Assembly (NCBI GenBank): GCA_964016885.1
Contig: OZ024743.1
Location: 43,152,001 to 43,216,000 of the forward strand
Length of the DNA: 64,000 bases
Direction of reading: 5' to 3'
From: Eledone cirrhosa
Lineage: Eukaryota
Each line of letters opens with the position of its first letter. The first letter of the stretch is position 1. This document shows positions 14,480 to 27,217 of the stretch, one piece after another. The position numbers were made by a program, and so were the translations under genes. A model generated the notes under the pieces. The model made no database searches and was not told the DNA's origin. It saw only the letters and a program-made list of their open reading frames with translations.

Positions 14480-15084
14480 TCTATATATATAAAGTTGTTG
14501 CTCCTGTATGTTCGTTTGTTTGTTTTTTGACGAACTCCTCCTATGGTTTTGGAGATAGACCCCCATAACCATATATATGCTGAAACTACATTGCCCAGGG
14601 TACTTGGATAAATATATTTCATTTTAATCAAAGGGATCCGCGGGGGCACAAACCCCCGCTGAAAATGTTTTCCCTTCGATTTATATGAAATTTAAACCAT
14701 AGGTAAATGAGACGATATGATGCCTATTCACAACATTTCAGCAAATTTCAATAATATTAAGATATCCTAATGGGGGTTAACATTTTGGAAGCCCATAACT
14801 TGAGTATTTGAACCTCTATTATCACGGGTTTTTTCTATTAAGTAAACGTAAATCAACAAAAAAAGCACCTCTCAATCATAGTAAAATTTGGCTAATTTAG
14901 AGATTTTATCTATGGCAAAACATCACTAGAATTATTACAACAACAATTATTAGTTAATGCCTCTACTGTTTTAACATTTTTTCTTTATTTCTTCTCCATA
15001 AATTATATCACTGACTTAAAATCAATCATCATTTTCTTACAAACAAATGTGTGAAAAGCAACATGGCGCGGGTAATTCGGCTAG
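14480..15084 (+). mobile_element. Non-autonomous Helitron-like element inserted in a SINE fragment
   Basis: A|TCtatatatataaag at the 5' end and gcgcgggtaattcggCTAG|T at the 3' end. SINE sequence 'cagtatatta...tggt' is split at the site. Confidence 0.6.
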
Positions 15085-15108
15085 TGGTTATATAGATATT
15101 AACTTGTA

Positions 15109-15370
<262 letters not shown>

Positions 15371-15671
15371 ATACATACACACTCATACATGCATTTTCTG
15401 TTGCGGAAACAGAAGGACAATAAGAGAAGTCAACACGTTATATTGTAAATGAAAATATCTGTATTAACACTTTGATATATTCATGCATTGTCAGATCTTT
15501 CGTTAGCCGCAAAAAACATCTATCTGTTTAGATCTGTCGTCAATATGAAACCACTGGTGATGGAGGAGTAAGTCAAACATTTAATACAGAGCATACTTAA
15601 ACACACACACACATACACACACGCACACACATACATACTTACATACATATATACATGCATACATACATACA

Positions 15672-16278
15672 TGGTGGCTGCCAATTCGTTTTTGGGTACG
15701 GCCACCACTTTATATCCATGAAGGAGAACCCCTACCTATGCGCTGAACGTGTGTGCCTTTTTAGTCCAGCCAGCGACTTGAAAACTCTGGTACAACACTA
15801 CACGTGTGACAATTACTGACACATAATACTGGGCCCATGGTACCATGTAACGACAAGTGTAGAGAGATCTCCAGATATAAAGCAATGCATGTGCCGTGAA
15901 GCTTTTATAGTGAGCAAAGCCACTGCACAAAGCCAGTCCCACTCTCTTAACCAAGATGATATTTACCAAAAAGAAGAACAAGTCAGCATCATTTGATACC
16001 ATCGGGGTTGCAGGTGTTATATCAGAGTTTTCTTTCTCCTAGAATTCTGCCTTGACAAAGGCTAATGGGTCATCTCTCCCGGTCATTTTGGATGGCCATT
16101 AACTCTTAAGAGCTCCTTTGCCCTTTGGAAGGTTTTGTTTTCAGTTCTGCCTAATGTCCAAAGCCACCCTCCTCACCAAGAAACCTTGGTGGGGTTGTCA
16201 GTTTAGTCACCAACGACCCGACCATGAGACAGGTTGTACCGGGATACATGTTACCTGCAGCAACAACTGGTGACCTGA
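15672..16278 (-). mobile_element. Non-autonomous RTE-derived element in a (TATG)n microsatellite
   Basis: Minus strand has 'ctaggagaaagaaaactctga', recalled as an RTE-like 5'UTR motif. No ORF. (TACA)n on both sides. Confidence 0.45.
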
Positions 16279-16565
16279 CATACATACATACATTCACACA
16301 CACAAGTAATTATGTTTTATATTAAAAGTTTGACTTACTCCTACATCACTGGTGGTTTTATATTGAAAACACATCTCAATAGTTACATGTTTTTGCGGCT
16401 AACGAAACATTTGATAATGCATGAATATATCAAAGTGATAATACAGATATTTTTATTTACAATATAATGTGTTGATTGCTCTTATATTCAGTCTGTCTCC
16501 GCAACCGAAAATCCATGTATGCAAGAGAAAATACGCACATATGCATGCTCCAGTGTGTATGTATG

Positions 16566-16659
<94 letters not shown>

Positions 16660-17012
16660 TAATAAACACAGTAAATCGTGTTTAAAATTACGAGGGTTGT
16701 AACCACATTTGTTTGAAATATTTAACCATGAAGCAGACAGTATGAGTTATTAACTCTACCTTTTATTTATGTATATATATATATATATATATATAATTAA
16801 GTTAAAGTGTACATCTACATATGTATACGGAAGTATTAGTATGCATATAAATACACACATGTATACATATGTACATGTACTCAGCTTTTCACTAGACACT
16901 TTACAGTGAGTGTCAGCTAGTCTGTATGTAACCACACAGGCGGACCGGGTTTTAGAGTCATACGAGTTTTCAAGGAAACACATTTCCTCTATTCTCCAGA
17001 GGGCCAGACAGG

Positions 17013-17057
17013 AATATTGGACTAGTTTCGATGTTATTACATCTCATCAGCAATATT
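17013..17057 (-). ncRNA. Identical hammerhead copy on the minus strand
   Basis: Reverse complement of 17616-17660. Confidence 0.9.
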
Positions 17058-17615
17058 TACCCATCTTCCGGCTTCTCTGGAGAATTGTAAAAGCACATAT
17101 CGTTATATGCTTTTTCTATGAAAATTAGTAGTGGGTAGACTAATTTGCATAGAACGTGAGTCATTGTACGCACCGGTTCAGCGGAAACGATAAAAACAAA
17201 TAACGAAACGAAATTAAATTTCGTTTCGCTTCTAACTCACTTTTGTATGACTGACGCTTAAACAATTAAGTTAAAGTGTACATCTACATATGTATACGGA
17301 AGTATTAGTATGCATATAAATACACACATGTATACATATGTACATGTACTCAGCTTTTCACTAGACACTTTACAGTGAGTGTCAGCTAGTCTGTATGTAA
17401 CCACACAGGCGGACCGGGTTTTAGAGTCATACGAGTTTTCAAGGAAACACATTTCCTCTATTCTCCAGAGGGCCAGACAGGAATATTGGACTAGTTTCGG
17501 TGCGTACAATGACTCACGTTCTATGCAAATTAGTCTACCCACTACTAATTTTCATAGAAAAAGCATATAACGATATGTGCTTTTACAATTCTCCAGAGAA
17601 GCCGGAAGATGGGTA

Positions 17616-17660
17616 AATATTGCTGATGAGATGTAATAACATCGAAACTAGTCCAATATT
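17616..17660 (+). ncRNA. Canonical minimal type-I hammerhead ribozyme
   Basis: aatattg-CTGATGA-gatgt aata acatc-GAAA-C-ta-G-TC-caatatt: 7-bp stem I, 5-bp stem II, palindromic ACTAGT stem III, GUC triplet. Confidence 0.9.
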
Positions 17661-17943
17661 CCTGTCTGGCCCTCTGGAGAATAGAGGAAATGTGTTTCCT
17701 TGAAAACTCGTATGACTCTAAAACCCGGTCCGCCTGTGTGGTTACATACAGACTAGCTGACACTCACTGTAAAGTGTCTAGTGAAAAGCTGAGTACATGT
17801 ACATATGTATACATGTGTGTATTTATATGCATACTAATACTTCCGTATATATATGTAGATGTACACTTTAACTTAATTGTTTAAGCGTCAGTCATACAAA
17901 AGTGAGTTAGAAGCGAAACGAAATTTAATTTCGTTTCGTTATT

Positions 17944-18003
<60 letters not shown>

Positions 18004-18067
18004 CATACATACACACTGGCGCATGCATATGTGTGTATTTTCTGTTGCATACATGAATGTTCTGAAA

Positions 18068-18249
<182 letters not shown>

Positions 18250-18455
18250 ATAATAATAAATTTGAAGACTAAAATCCAAAGAGGGCTCGATAAGGATAAA
18301 TATATATCAAATATATAAGAACCGTAGAGCAAATATTTATTAAAATAACAGATTAAATTTTAAGCAAAGAATCGCTGCTTTCACCCTTAACGGGATCTTC
18401 TGAAACTAACAAATGTATACATACATATGCATATCTTCATTTTATTATAGAAATG

Positions 18456-18503
18456 ACTTCTACAGGACTAGAACTGTTTCATTCGTAAGAAATCATCAGG
18501 AAA
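18456..18503 (-). ncRNA. Hammerhead ribozyme (family A)
   Basis: Minus strand: ttc-CTGATGA-tttc ttac gaat-GAAA-cag ttctagtc ctg-TA-gaa. Confidence 0.75.
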
Positions 18504-18844
18504 GATGCCTATACTATACGTATGTATTGGTCATCTATTTAAACTGTGGTCACCTGTCACATAATCCGTTTATATATATAACGGCGTTTCTAGCACACAT
18601 TTTAAAGATGGTGGAGCCAAATCTCCATGCCTGAATATAACAGATTCCTTCCAGAAGAAGATAGAGAGCGTGAGAGAATGGAAGTTAGAAAGGGATATAG
18701 AGAAAATAATCGACCCCAGTACTTGAATGGATGAAAGCAAAGTTGTCCACGCGGGATTTGAAGTCAGAGAGTAGGGAGCCGAAACGGATTCTATCCGAGT
18801 TGCTAACGACTGTGAATTCGCCGTCTATTCGTATTTACATACAC

Positions 18845-18875
<31 letters not shown>

Positions 18876-18878
18876 TGT

Positions 18879-21800
18879 TCTTCTGGTTTTATAATTTAAC
18901 AAAGTTTTACCAATAGAGAGAGAGTCGGTTTCTAACATAGACACAAGACTCTCTCATTGGAATTTACACATCAACTAGGTAGATATGTATGTATGCATGC
19001 ATGTTTAGATATGGATGTTATTGTCTGTTTTAAGTTGTATGTGTGCATGTGTAAATGCTTTGTATCTGTACATGTGTATATGCAGTTATTAGATGCAAAA
19101 TTTTTGGAATGTTTTACAAATTGTTACTGTTCCATTAATAGATTGTACTTGTAATTTCCTAACTAGTTGTGTTCTTTCTGTTCCTGTGAAGCCCAGCTTC
19201 TCAAAATTTGTATTGAGGCAGTTCCTAACATATCCCAGTGCCCCAATAATCACAGGCATACATCTGAAGGTGTAATCAGGGTGGAGTATCTGCAGATTTC
19301 TCATCAGTTCTGCATAAATATTCTCCTTTTCACTAATCTTTGATATTATATTGGCATCTGCTGGTCAGCTAATTTCCACTACTGTGCATGTTTTCTTCTC
19401 CCTGTCCCATATCATAATATCTTGTCTGTTATGCCTGCATTTTATTGGGGGGTTTACAGGAACATTCCACCAGTACTCTTTCATATTATGTACATGGATG
19501 TCTTCCACATTGTTGTAGCTTTTAATGTGTTTATTATCGGGGCTATCTTCTTTACGAACTGCATTGTACAGTGTTTTGGCAATTACATCATGCCTCATAG
19601 GTAGATAGTACCGCGATGACATCTTTGGACAGCTGCTGATGACATGTGTGATATCCTCGATGTTAGTTCTGCAGAGTCTGCACTTGTTATCACATCTAGG
19701 TGTTTTGCCTGCATCCCTATCTCTTTTGTGAATCAGGTATTTCGTGCTAATCTCCTGTTACTGGATTGCAAAAGCGTATCCTTCAAAGAGGGAGACAATA
19801 TAGCGGTTGTTGGTCCAAGATAGACTACTTTCCTTATCTATATTACTCTCACTCTGGAGCTTCCTGGCAACATATCCATGCATGATTTTTTGCTGATAGG
19901 CATGCAGTTTTTCATCCATGGATTCACTGCGATACTGCTGAGCGACATCCCTGGGTGTGAGTTTTTGATTATCACACAGGGAATATCTCTCAAGGAGTTC
20001 CTTCCCTACTCTCATGATCTTATATGTTTCATGCAGATAGACTTGCTCGAGAAACGGGCTCCAACGCTTCGAGGTTCGTAGATGTTGTCGGAGAGATATG
20101 ATGCGACATTCAAATGTCGTTTGGACTGATGTTAGACCTTTGCCTCCTTGCTTACGTTTCAAGTAAAGGCGGTCTATGTTACTGTTGATGTGGAATTTTC
20201 TGGCGTTGTTCAGTATTGTTCGAGTTCCAACATCAACGGCTCGGATTTCATCTATCGTTGGTGTTAAGATAGGCACAGCAAACACATCGTGAGCCACTGT
20301 TTTGTTTTGCGCAGAGAGTTCCGATTACCAGATCTTTCTTAATCGGGTGTAGTATTCCCTGGTTACGCGTTCTTTATTACCGATACCATTATAGGATATG
20401 TTTTCATCTATCCCTAGGTATCTGTAGTAGTCCTCATCATATATCGTTGAAACAGTTAGGCCGTTGATGACAATGTTGTTAGATTGGGTTGTTGTTTTTC
20501 CCCGCTTCACAATAATGTATGAACATTTATCTTGGCCAAACTCCATTCCTATATCCTTTGAGAACGTTGTAACCAGGTCAAGATTTTTCTTTATCCCATC
20601 CATGTTCTTGGCATATAGTTTCAGATCGTCCACAAAGAAATTATGGGTTAGGTTCTTATTTCAATCCTCCTGTGAGCCAATGATGTATCCCTCACATTTC
20701 TTGAGCAGAAAGGACAAGGGGTTTAATGACAAGATGAATAATATCACAGAGAGACTGTCCCCCTGAAATATAACCCTGCAATGTTTTATTTTATCAGTGA
20801 AAATAGAGTCCTCCCTCTCTGTCTTTAACCTTAGGATAGTAGCCCAGAAGAAGACAGCCTCTCTATGGCTCTGACAATAATGTCTGGGACTTTTAGCAAG
20901 TTGGAGGGCCTCTATCATCCAAGAGTGGAGAACAGAATAGAAAGCTTTCCTGTAGTCCACCCAGACTGTAGTCATATTCCTCCTAAGTTGTTGCGCTTCC
21001 GACATCGCAGTTTTGTTGATTAGGAGTTGTTCAGCACATCCCCAAACCCCTTTCTTTCCAGCTGCTTGTTCATCTGTGATGATGTTATTATTTTCACAGT
21101 GATCTTGGAGGAATAGGTTCAGGCAGGCTGTATACATCTTATACATCAGGTTCTGGTATGCAATGGGTCGGTAGTTTTTTGCCAAGTGGGTGTCTTTGTT
21201 CTTGGGGACCAGTAACGTTTGTGCTAATTTCAACCATTCTGGTATAAATGTATCTCCCTTAAGAATTTGTAGGTAGTGGTCAGTAAGATACCTCCGATAG
21301 AATATTAGTTTTTTGTATCAGTAGCTGACAACCATGTCTCTTCCTGGTGTTTTCTTATCTTGGAGTTTTCCTATCACCGTCTCAAGGGTACCCCCACTTA
21401 TTTCGTATGTTTTGTTGTAGTGTAGGAGCAATAGTTCTTTCGGATTTCTCTTTGCCACACTGCATCTTGGTTGAAATTCTTCTTTTCACCCCATAATTTT
21501 CTCCAAAATGAATCTATGTTTTTCTAGGATGGGGCCTCAATGACACTTATGATTTTGTCCTTCATATCTCTATAGACTGATGTTTGGTTTCGTCTGAATC
21601 TTTTATTAAGCACTTTTCTCTCATCTACCTTCTTGAGGTATCGGCGTTTTCGCTAACAGCTCTCAATTCTTGTTTGAGGGTGATCAGCTTATATTGGAGA
21701 GTTCTGGTTCTACTGTTACCAAACATCGTCTCTATTTTATGTTTCACTCTTTGTTGGTGAGGAGTGAGTTTTTTTGTGTTTGTTTGCATGTAAGAAGCAT

Positions 21801-21880
21801 TGTCACACATCCTCTGTTTTTTCGTAGGTCAACACTCTTTTTTTTCTATTTTAGTTATATATGATGGTAGTTTTGGTGGT
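18879..21880 (-). mobile_element. Decayed, 5'-truncated R4/Dong-like non-LTR retrotransposon (RT + CCHC + RLE) flanked by (CATA)n
   Basis: Fragments NYRPI, EQLLINK, VDYRKAF, FQGDSLS, DDLKLY, RHD, HNRQDIMIWD, PVIIGALG with many stops and frameshifts. Confidence 0.88.
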
Positions 21881-21945
21881 GTATGTATTTATGTATGTAT
21901 GTATATATGTATATATGTATGTATGTATGTATGTGTATATGTATG

Positions 21946-22032
<87 letters not shown>

Positions 22033-22111
22033 CGAAGCAAGTGTGATAAGCAACCAGGTGGACCATAACGCACCAGAGCACTCGATATTTTGGGTAGTAG
22101 AGTGGGTAATA

Positions 22112-22227
22112 GAAAAAGAGTCAGAACCCTGACAGCTTAGCCCAAGCCATCTCGACAGCTATTTCTATGCTCCAGAAATAGCTGTCGAAACGGCTTGAGC
22201 TCTGCTGTCGGGGTTCTGACACTTTTC
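22112..22227. repeat. Hairpin made of inverted hammerhead 3' halves (PLE end remnant)
   Basis: gaaaaagagtcagaaccctgacagc...gctgtcGAAACggcttgagctctgctGTCggggttctgacacttttc. Related fragment at ~495-543. Confidence 0.6.
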
Positions 22228-22600
22228 ATATATATATATATATTTATTTATATAAGTATATATGTTATCTCTGTGATTCCAAAACGGATCTTTCATTATA
22301 TATCTTCTACCAAGAGTTTAACACAAGATAAGATTTTTACACGACGATATATGTTAGTATGAGATTCATGCCTATGGCAATAAATATATTTTCCATAATA
22401 TATTAGACGCTTGCACACCCTCAAAAACACACATATATATATATATAAATATATATTTACATACACACAAGCATGCATAGTTATAAATATTAAAGGAATC
22501 AGAGACAAAAATCTTCTCTTATTAGCAGGGATATTTGCATAAAATACTGTCCTTTCAAAACACAGCATGACAGACTATTTTCAAGTTGTATATATCTACG

Positions 22601-22664
<64 letters not shown>

Positions 22665-23066
22665 TAAACGGAAAAGAAAATGCTGACAAATTGTTCCCAG
22701 TGAAAAATAGTTTAATTAGCAATAAGCAAAAATTAGTAATAGTAATGGTTAGTATTCAGTTTTGCTTTTAAGTTTTAGCGGTTGCGCATTTCTAATGCTT
22801 TTCAAAAATAATTTTGAGATAGAGCGCCCGTGATGTTTGCTCTAATCTGATTATTTTTGCAAATTCTACCTCTTTTATGTGAAAAAAGTGGCTCCAGATG
22901 TATTAAACTAAGTTTCGCGCCAATTCGTGTTGCAAAAATTCTTGTGGTCAAAACAATTTTGATTGGTCGGTAGAGGTCATGTAAATGTTAAAAATTGATT
23001 TTGCGCCAAATGTAGGTTTGTGTCGGCTGATTGAGAAGTCAGTGAAAAATAAGTCTTTCAAAACAA

Positions 23067-23102
<36 letters not shown>

Positions 23103-23216
23103 TAGTAGTAAAGAGGTTCGTTGTTGTGATAATGGTCAGTAGGAATGTGTCTGTACGTGTGTGTGGTATATTTTAACATGTTAAAAGATATTTTACAGCT
23201 CTTGTCTTATACAGAG

Positions 23217-23272
<56 letters not shown>

Positions 23273-23808
23273 CTCTTTGTATGTTAATGTACGCGTGGGT
23301 ATGTGTATGTGTGTATATATGTGTGTGTGTGTGTATATGTGTGTGTGTATGTGATGATGTGTGTGTGGGGGGGGACCAGTATTTTTGTGATACTGGTAAA
23401 AATGGTGTACATTATTCGATATTTTCAGTAAAAACGATTCTCTCAATAGAACAACAAACACCTTAATAATAAAAGGTGTGAAATGATATATAGTATTGGC
23501 ATAATACCAAGGTGTGTGTGAGTGTCCAGATTGTACGTACTGCAAGGGGAATCCGTTAGGCCTTGCCGTATTGGAATACTTGTGTACAAATATGTATGTG
23601 CCCATCAGTGTGCAATGCATGTTGCGTTTATGTATGTGTGTGTGTCGGCACGGTTATATCTATAGACATCAAAAGGTATGCAAATGTGTGTATATTTGTG
23701 TTGCACCATAGAACATGTGTGTTTACGTATGTCATTGTGTTTATATGTAGATAGAGATGTATGCTGATGTAGGTATGCATGTTGACGTGTGTATGTTGTG
23801 GGTTCGTC

Positions 23809-25470
23809 TTAGGGAGAAGTGTTTAGACGAGGACCGTATTTGTTAATAAAGTGAGATTCCTTGCTGATGCGCTGGGTGTGGGTGGCATTATCTTTAAATT
23901 TGTAGAGGGGAAAGATTCTGAAGTTGGGATGATTTTGGGCGGCACAGATATCAATGTTTTCACTCAGTGGTATTTTCCTGTATGCCCGTATTTTAATTTG
24001 GGATCTATGGACAGTCATGCGTTGGCGGAGGCTCTTTTTGGTCTCGACAACCTGAGCAAGTTAATACATATATTAGATTTTCTGATGCGCATGTGAAATT
24101 GTGTTTTACTATAAAACGTTGTCCTTCTTTGAAATAGAATTCCGAAACCTCTATTAGGTTGATGCATATGCCACAGTTGTGTCTATTCATTTTTTTACTG
24201 TGGGTTTCGTTGTTGTGGTTGGCAGTACTTTGGCATGTGTTAGGATGTTTTTCATTGACTTAGATTGTCTTTTGCTCTTTATGATATCGTGTGTTCATAG
24301 GATTTGGTTCATTCTATGGTACTTTTCCAACACAGGGATGTTCTGGAGGATGGTGTCAAAGGCCTCATTGTTGAGGGGGTTGTGTGTGGAGATGTATGGA
24401 AGAGCTTTTAGTTTCGGTTGATTTACTTTAGGGTGTCTAAGGTCCTGGGTACTGAGTTTTAGGGCACGTTGGATTCCATTGTCAATTAGTTTATAGAGTA
24501 GTCCCTGCCTATGGGTGTGACCTGTTGTAGCCGTAAGTAGCAGGTGTTTTTATTACTGACTATAGTACAGATTATCTTGGCTAAGTTGTAGGGAATATTA
24601 ATTTTAACGTGTCTAGGGTGGCAAGAGTTGAAAGGAAGATATTGCTTGGAGTCTGTGGGCTTGTAGTATATGTCTGTTTCTATTTTTTTGTTATGGATCT
24701 TAATGAGGATGTCGAGGAAAGGGAGTTGTTGATGGCTGTATTCTATCGTCAACTTAATATTCATGTTGAGTCCATTTATAAGGGTGTGGAATTCTTTAAG
24801 TTTCTCGATGTTTTCGTGCCAAAGGATGAAGCAGTCATCTAGATATCGCTTCCAGTTCCTTTCTATGTCTAAGTGGAGAGTGTTTCCAAATTTGTTTAGG
24901 ACTTTAGTGTAGAGGGTTATTTCCAGGTATCCCATGACTAGGCTGGCATAAGTGTGGGCTGTTTTCGTTCCCATAGCGGTTCCAGATGTCTGCCTGTAGG
25001 GTTTGTTATTGAAAACGAAGTAATTGTTCTCCAAGATAAATTTGAGTCCCTCTATCACGAATACTTTTTTGATGCGGTGTGGAGTTCATTGTGGTAATTA
25101 TCCAGCCAGAATTGGATAGCTTCTATTCCTAGGTTGTGGGTGATGTTGAAGTATAGGTTGACTACATCGAACGTCACTAGTAGGGTTTGTTCAGAAAGGG
25201 GTATATTAGTGAGGTGATTGAGCATATCTAGGTCGTCCCTTATATAGATTTTGATGTGTTTGAGAAAATGCTTGAGAAGGGTATCAATGAAGTTGCTAAG
25301 GCGGTGGGTTTCGCAAGCGGCGCCTGCTATTATAGGTCTTAATTTGAGATCATTGGGTGAGGGTCATTGATGACTATATCTGTGGCTTCCTTGCACGCCT
25401 TACTTATTAATTCGCTTTTATGTACTTTAGAGATACTGTAGAAACGGCTGAATTTACTTGCGAAGTCTGT
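23809..25470 (-). mobile_element. Decayed Penelope-like element (Neptune-like), RT plus partly deleted GIY-YIG
   Basis: QTSGTAMGT, KRYLDDCFILW, PFLDI, YYKPTD, SCHPRH; CGIC..FTCASENLIYVLTCSGC; ESHFINKYGPRLN. Confidence 0.88.
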
Positions 25471-25491
25471 GATGAAGATGATATATATATA

Positions 25492-27190
25492 TAGTGGTGG
25501 AACCCTGGAAGGTAATATCCGTAGTGGGAGAGCACTCAGTCCAAGGGACGAGTTAGGTAGAAGTGGTTACACAACAGTTAGTTCACCATACCGAGAACAA
25601 TTGTTTTACCTTGGCGGATCTTCAGCTCGGGATGTATATGGTTATAGGAACAGGAAGGACAACCGTACGAACGAGCATGCGCAGAAACTCGGTCACTTCA
25701 CACAGCCAATAGTAGACTGCGTGCGGATGGTGTAAGGGAGATAACTGCGAAAGTCCAGAAAGTTTTTGGTTGAAAATAAAATAAAAAAATTTAAAAATAA
25801 ACTCACAAAGAATCAGTCCGGAGCCTTGTTTGACAGTGCTGACGTATGTGATTTGTATGGCCTTTTTATCTCAGACATATTACGTGTTAGATGCCCGGAC
25901 TTCCACACGGGAATATACCGTGACGATGGACTGACTTTATCGAGCCATACAAGTGGTCACGACCTCGACCGGTTTAAAAAAGACTTAGCTTCTACCTTCA
26001 ATGGATTAGGCCTTAGGATAACAGTAGCCACCAACCTCTCTAGCGAGGATTTCTTAGACATTAATTTAGACCTTCGCACACACACACACAGACCCTTCCA
26101 TAAGCTAAACTAGAAACTTAATTACATTCACAAGGACACATGCCACCCTCCCACTGTTTTTAGAAACTTCGTTAAGAATATCAGTACTAGAATCTCAAAC
26201 CCCTCCTCTAATAAGGCTATATTTGACAGGGCGGCACCCTACTATAACACGGCGTTGGCTAACAGCGGCTTCTCACAACCTATCACCTACTCTCCCACAA
26301 GCAACAACACCATTAACACAAGTAAACGCATAAATAGACAAACTATCTGGTGCTCGCCTCCCTGCTCACTCAACGTTAAAACCAATGTAGCAAAAAAATG
26401 TCTAACCCTCTTAGATAGACACTTCCCCATAGGTCATAAATACCGCTCCATCTTTAACCGACACAAAGTTAAACTAGGATACTCCTGCGCTAAGAACATG
26501 AAGGCCCACATCACCAGCAGCCCTAGGAGCAACACCCCACCAGGGTGCTCTTGCCGTAATCCTGAAGCCTGCCCCTTCAACAACAATGCAACACACCAGC
26601 TGTATTCTATGAAGCTGTGGTCACTTCCAACCGACCAAACGAACCACAGGAGGTCAAATCTTGTGTGGGCATGGCGGAGAGCCGATTCAAGGAGCGTTAC
26701 CTGAACCACCAGTCTACATTCAGATACCCGGACAGACGTTCATCCACGAAACTCGCGAGCCACGAATGGTCCCTCAATGACTCAAGTAGAGGGTACTCCA
26801 TTCAATGGAAAGCCATCACTAAGTTCAAGCCATACGCAAGGGGAAATCCGACGTGTGGCTTATGTATTGACGAACGAATAACTATCCTAAAGAGATTACG
26901 CAATAGTGATTGGCTAAACACGAGAGTGAACTTTTCACACCTTGTCCACACGTCAACAAACATCTATTGCATAACTACAAGGCTCCGGACTGATTCTTTG
27001 TAATTTTATTTTCAAATTCTTTTATTTTATTTTCAAACAAAAAATTTCCGGACTTTCGCAGTTATCTCCCTTACACTCCCCGCACGCAGTCTACTATTGC
27101 TATAACCATATACATCCCGAGCTGAAGTTCCGCGAAGGTGAAACAATTGTTCTCGGTATGGTGAACTAACTAACTGTTGTGTAACCACTT
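25492..27190 (+). mobile_element. 5'-truncated Penelope-like element with inverted pLTRs
   Basis: GIYRDDGL, FLDINLDL, CSCRNPEACP and GIY-YIG remnant VGMAESRFKERYLNH..CGLC. 25561-25829 is the inverse of 26977-27190. Hammerhead motifs at 25591-25630 (-) and 27117-27156 (+). Confidence 0.9.
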
Positions 27191-27217
27191 ATATATATAT
27201 ATATATATATATATATA

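Larger units (their letters stand above)
16794..17948. mobile_element. Young non-coding ~450-bp hammerhead element present as three near-identical segments (two minus, one plus)
   Basis: 16794-17175 and 17193-17499 are reverse complements of parts of 17498-17948. The identical spurious ORFs in the track confirm near identity. (TA)n on both sides. Confidence 0.85.

Noticed and set aside
16190-16278. Possible HDV-like ribozyme (GGTCACC/GGTGACT helix) at the 5' end of the RTE-derived element
   Set aside because: A P1-like helix exists, but I could not place P1.1, L3 or J4/2.
16756-17884. Repeated 63-94 aa ORFs
   Set aside because: By-products of the near-identical inverted repeats, with non-ATG starts and no domain.
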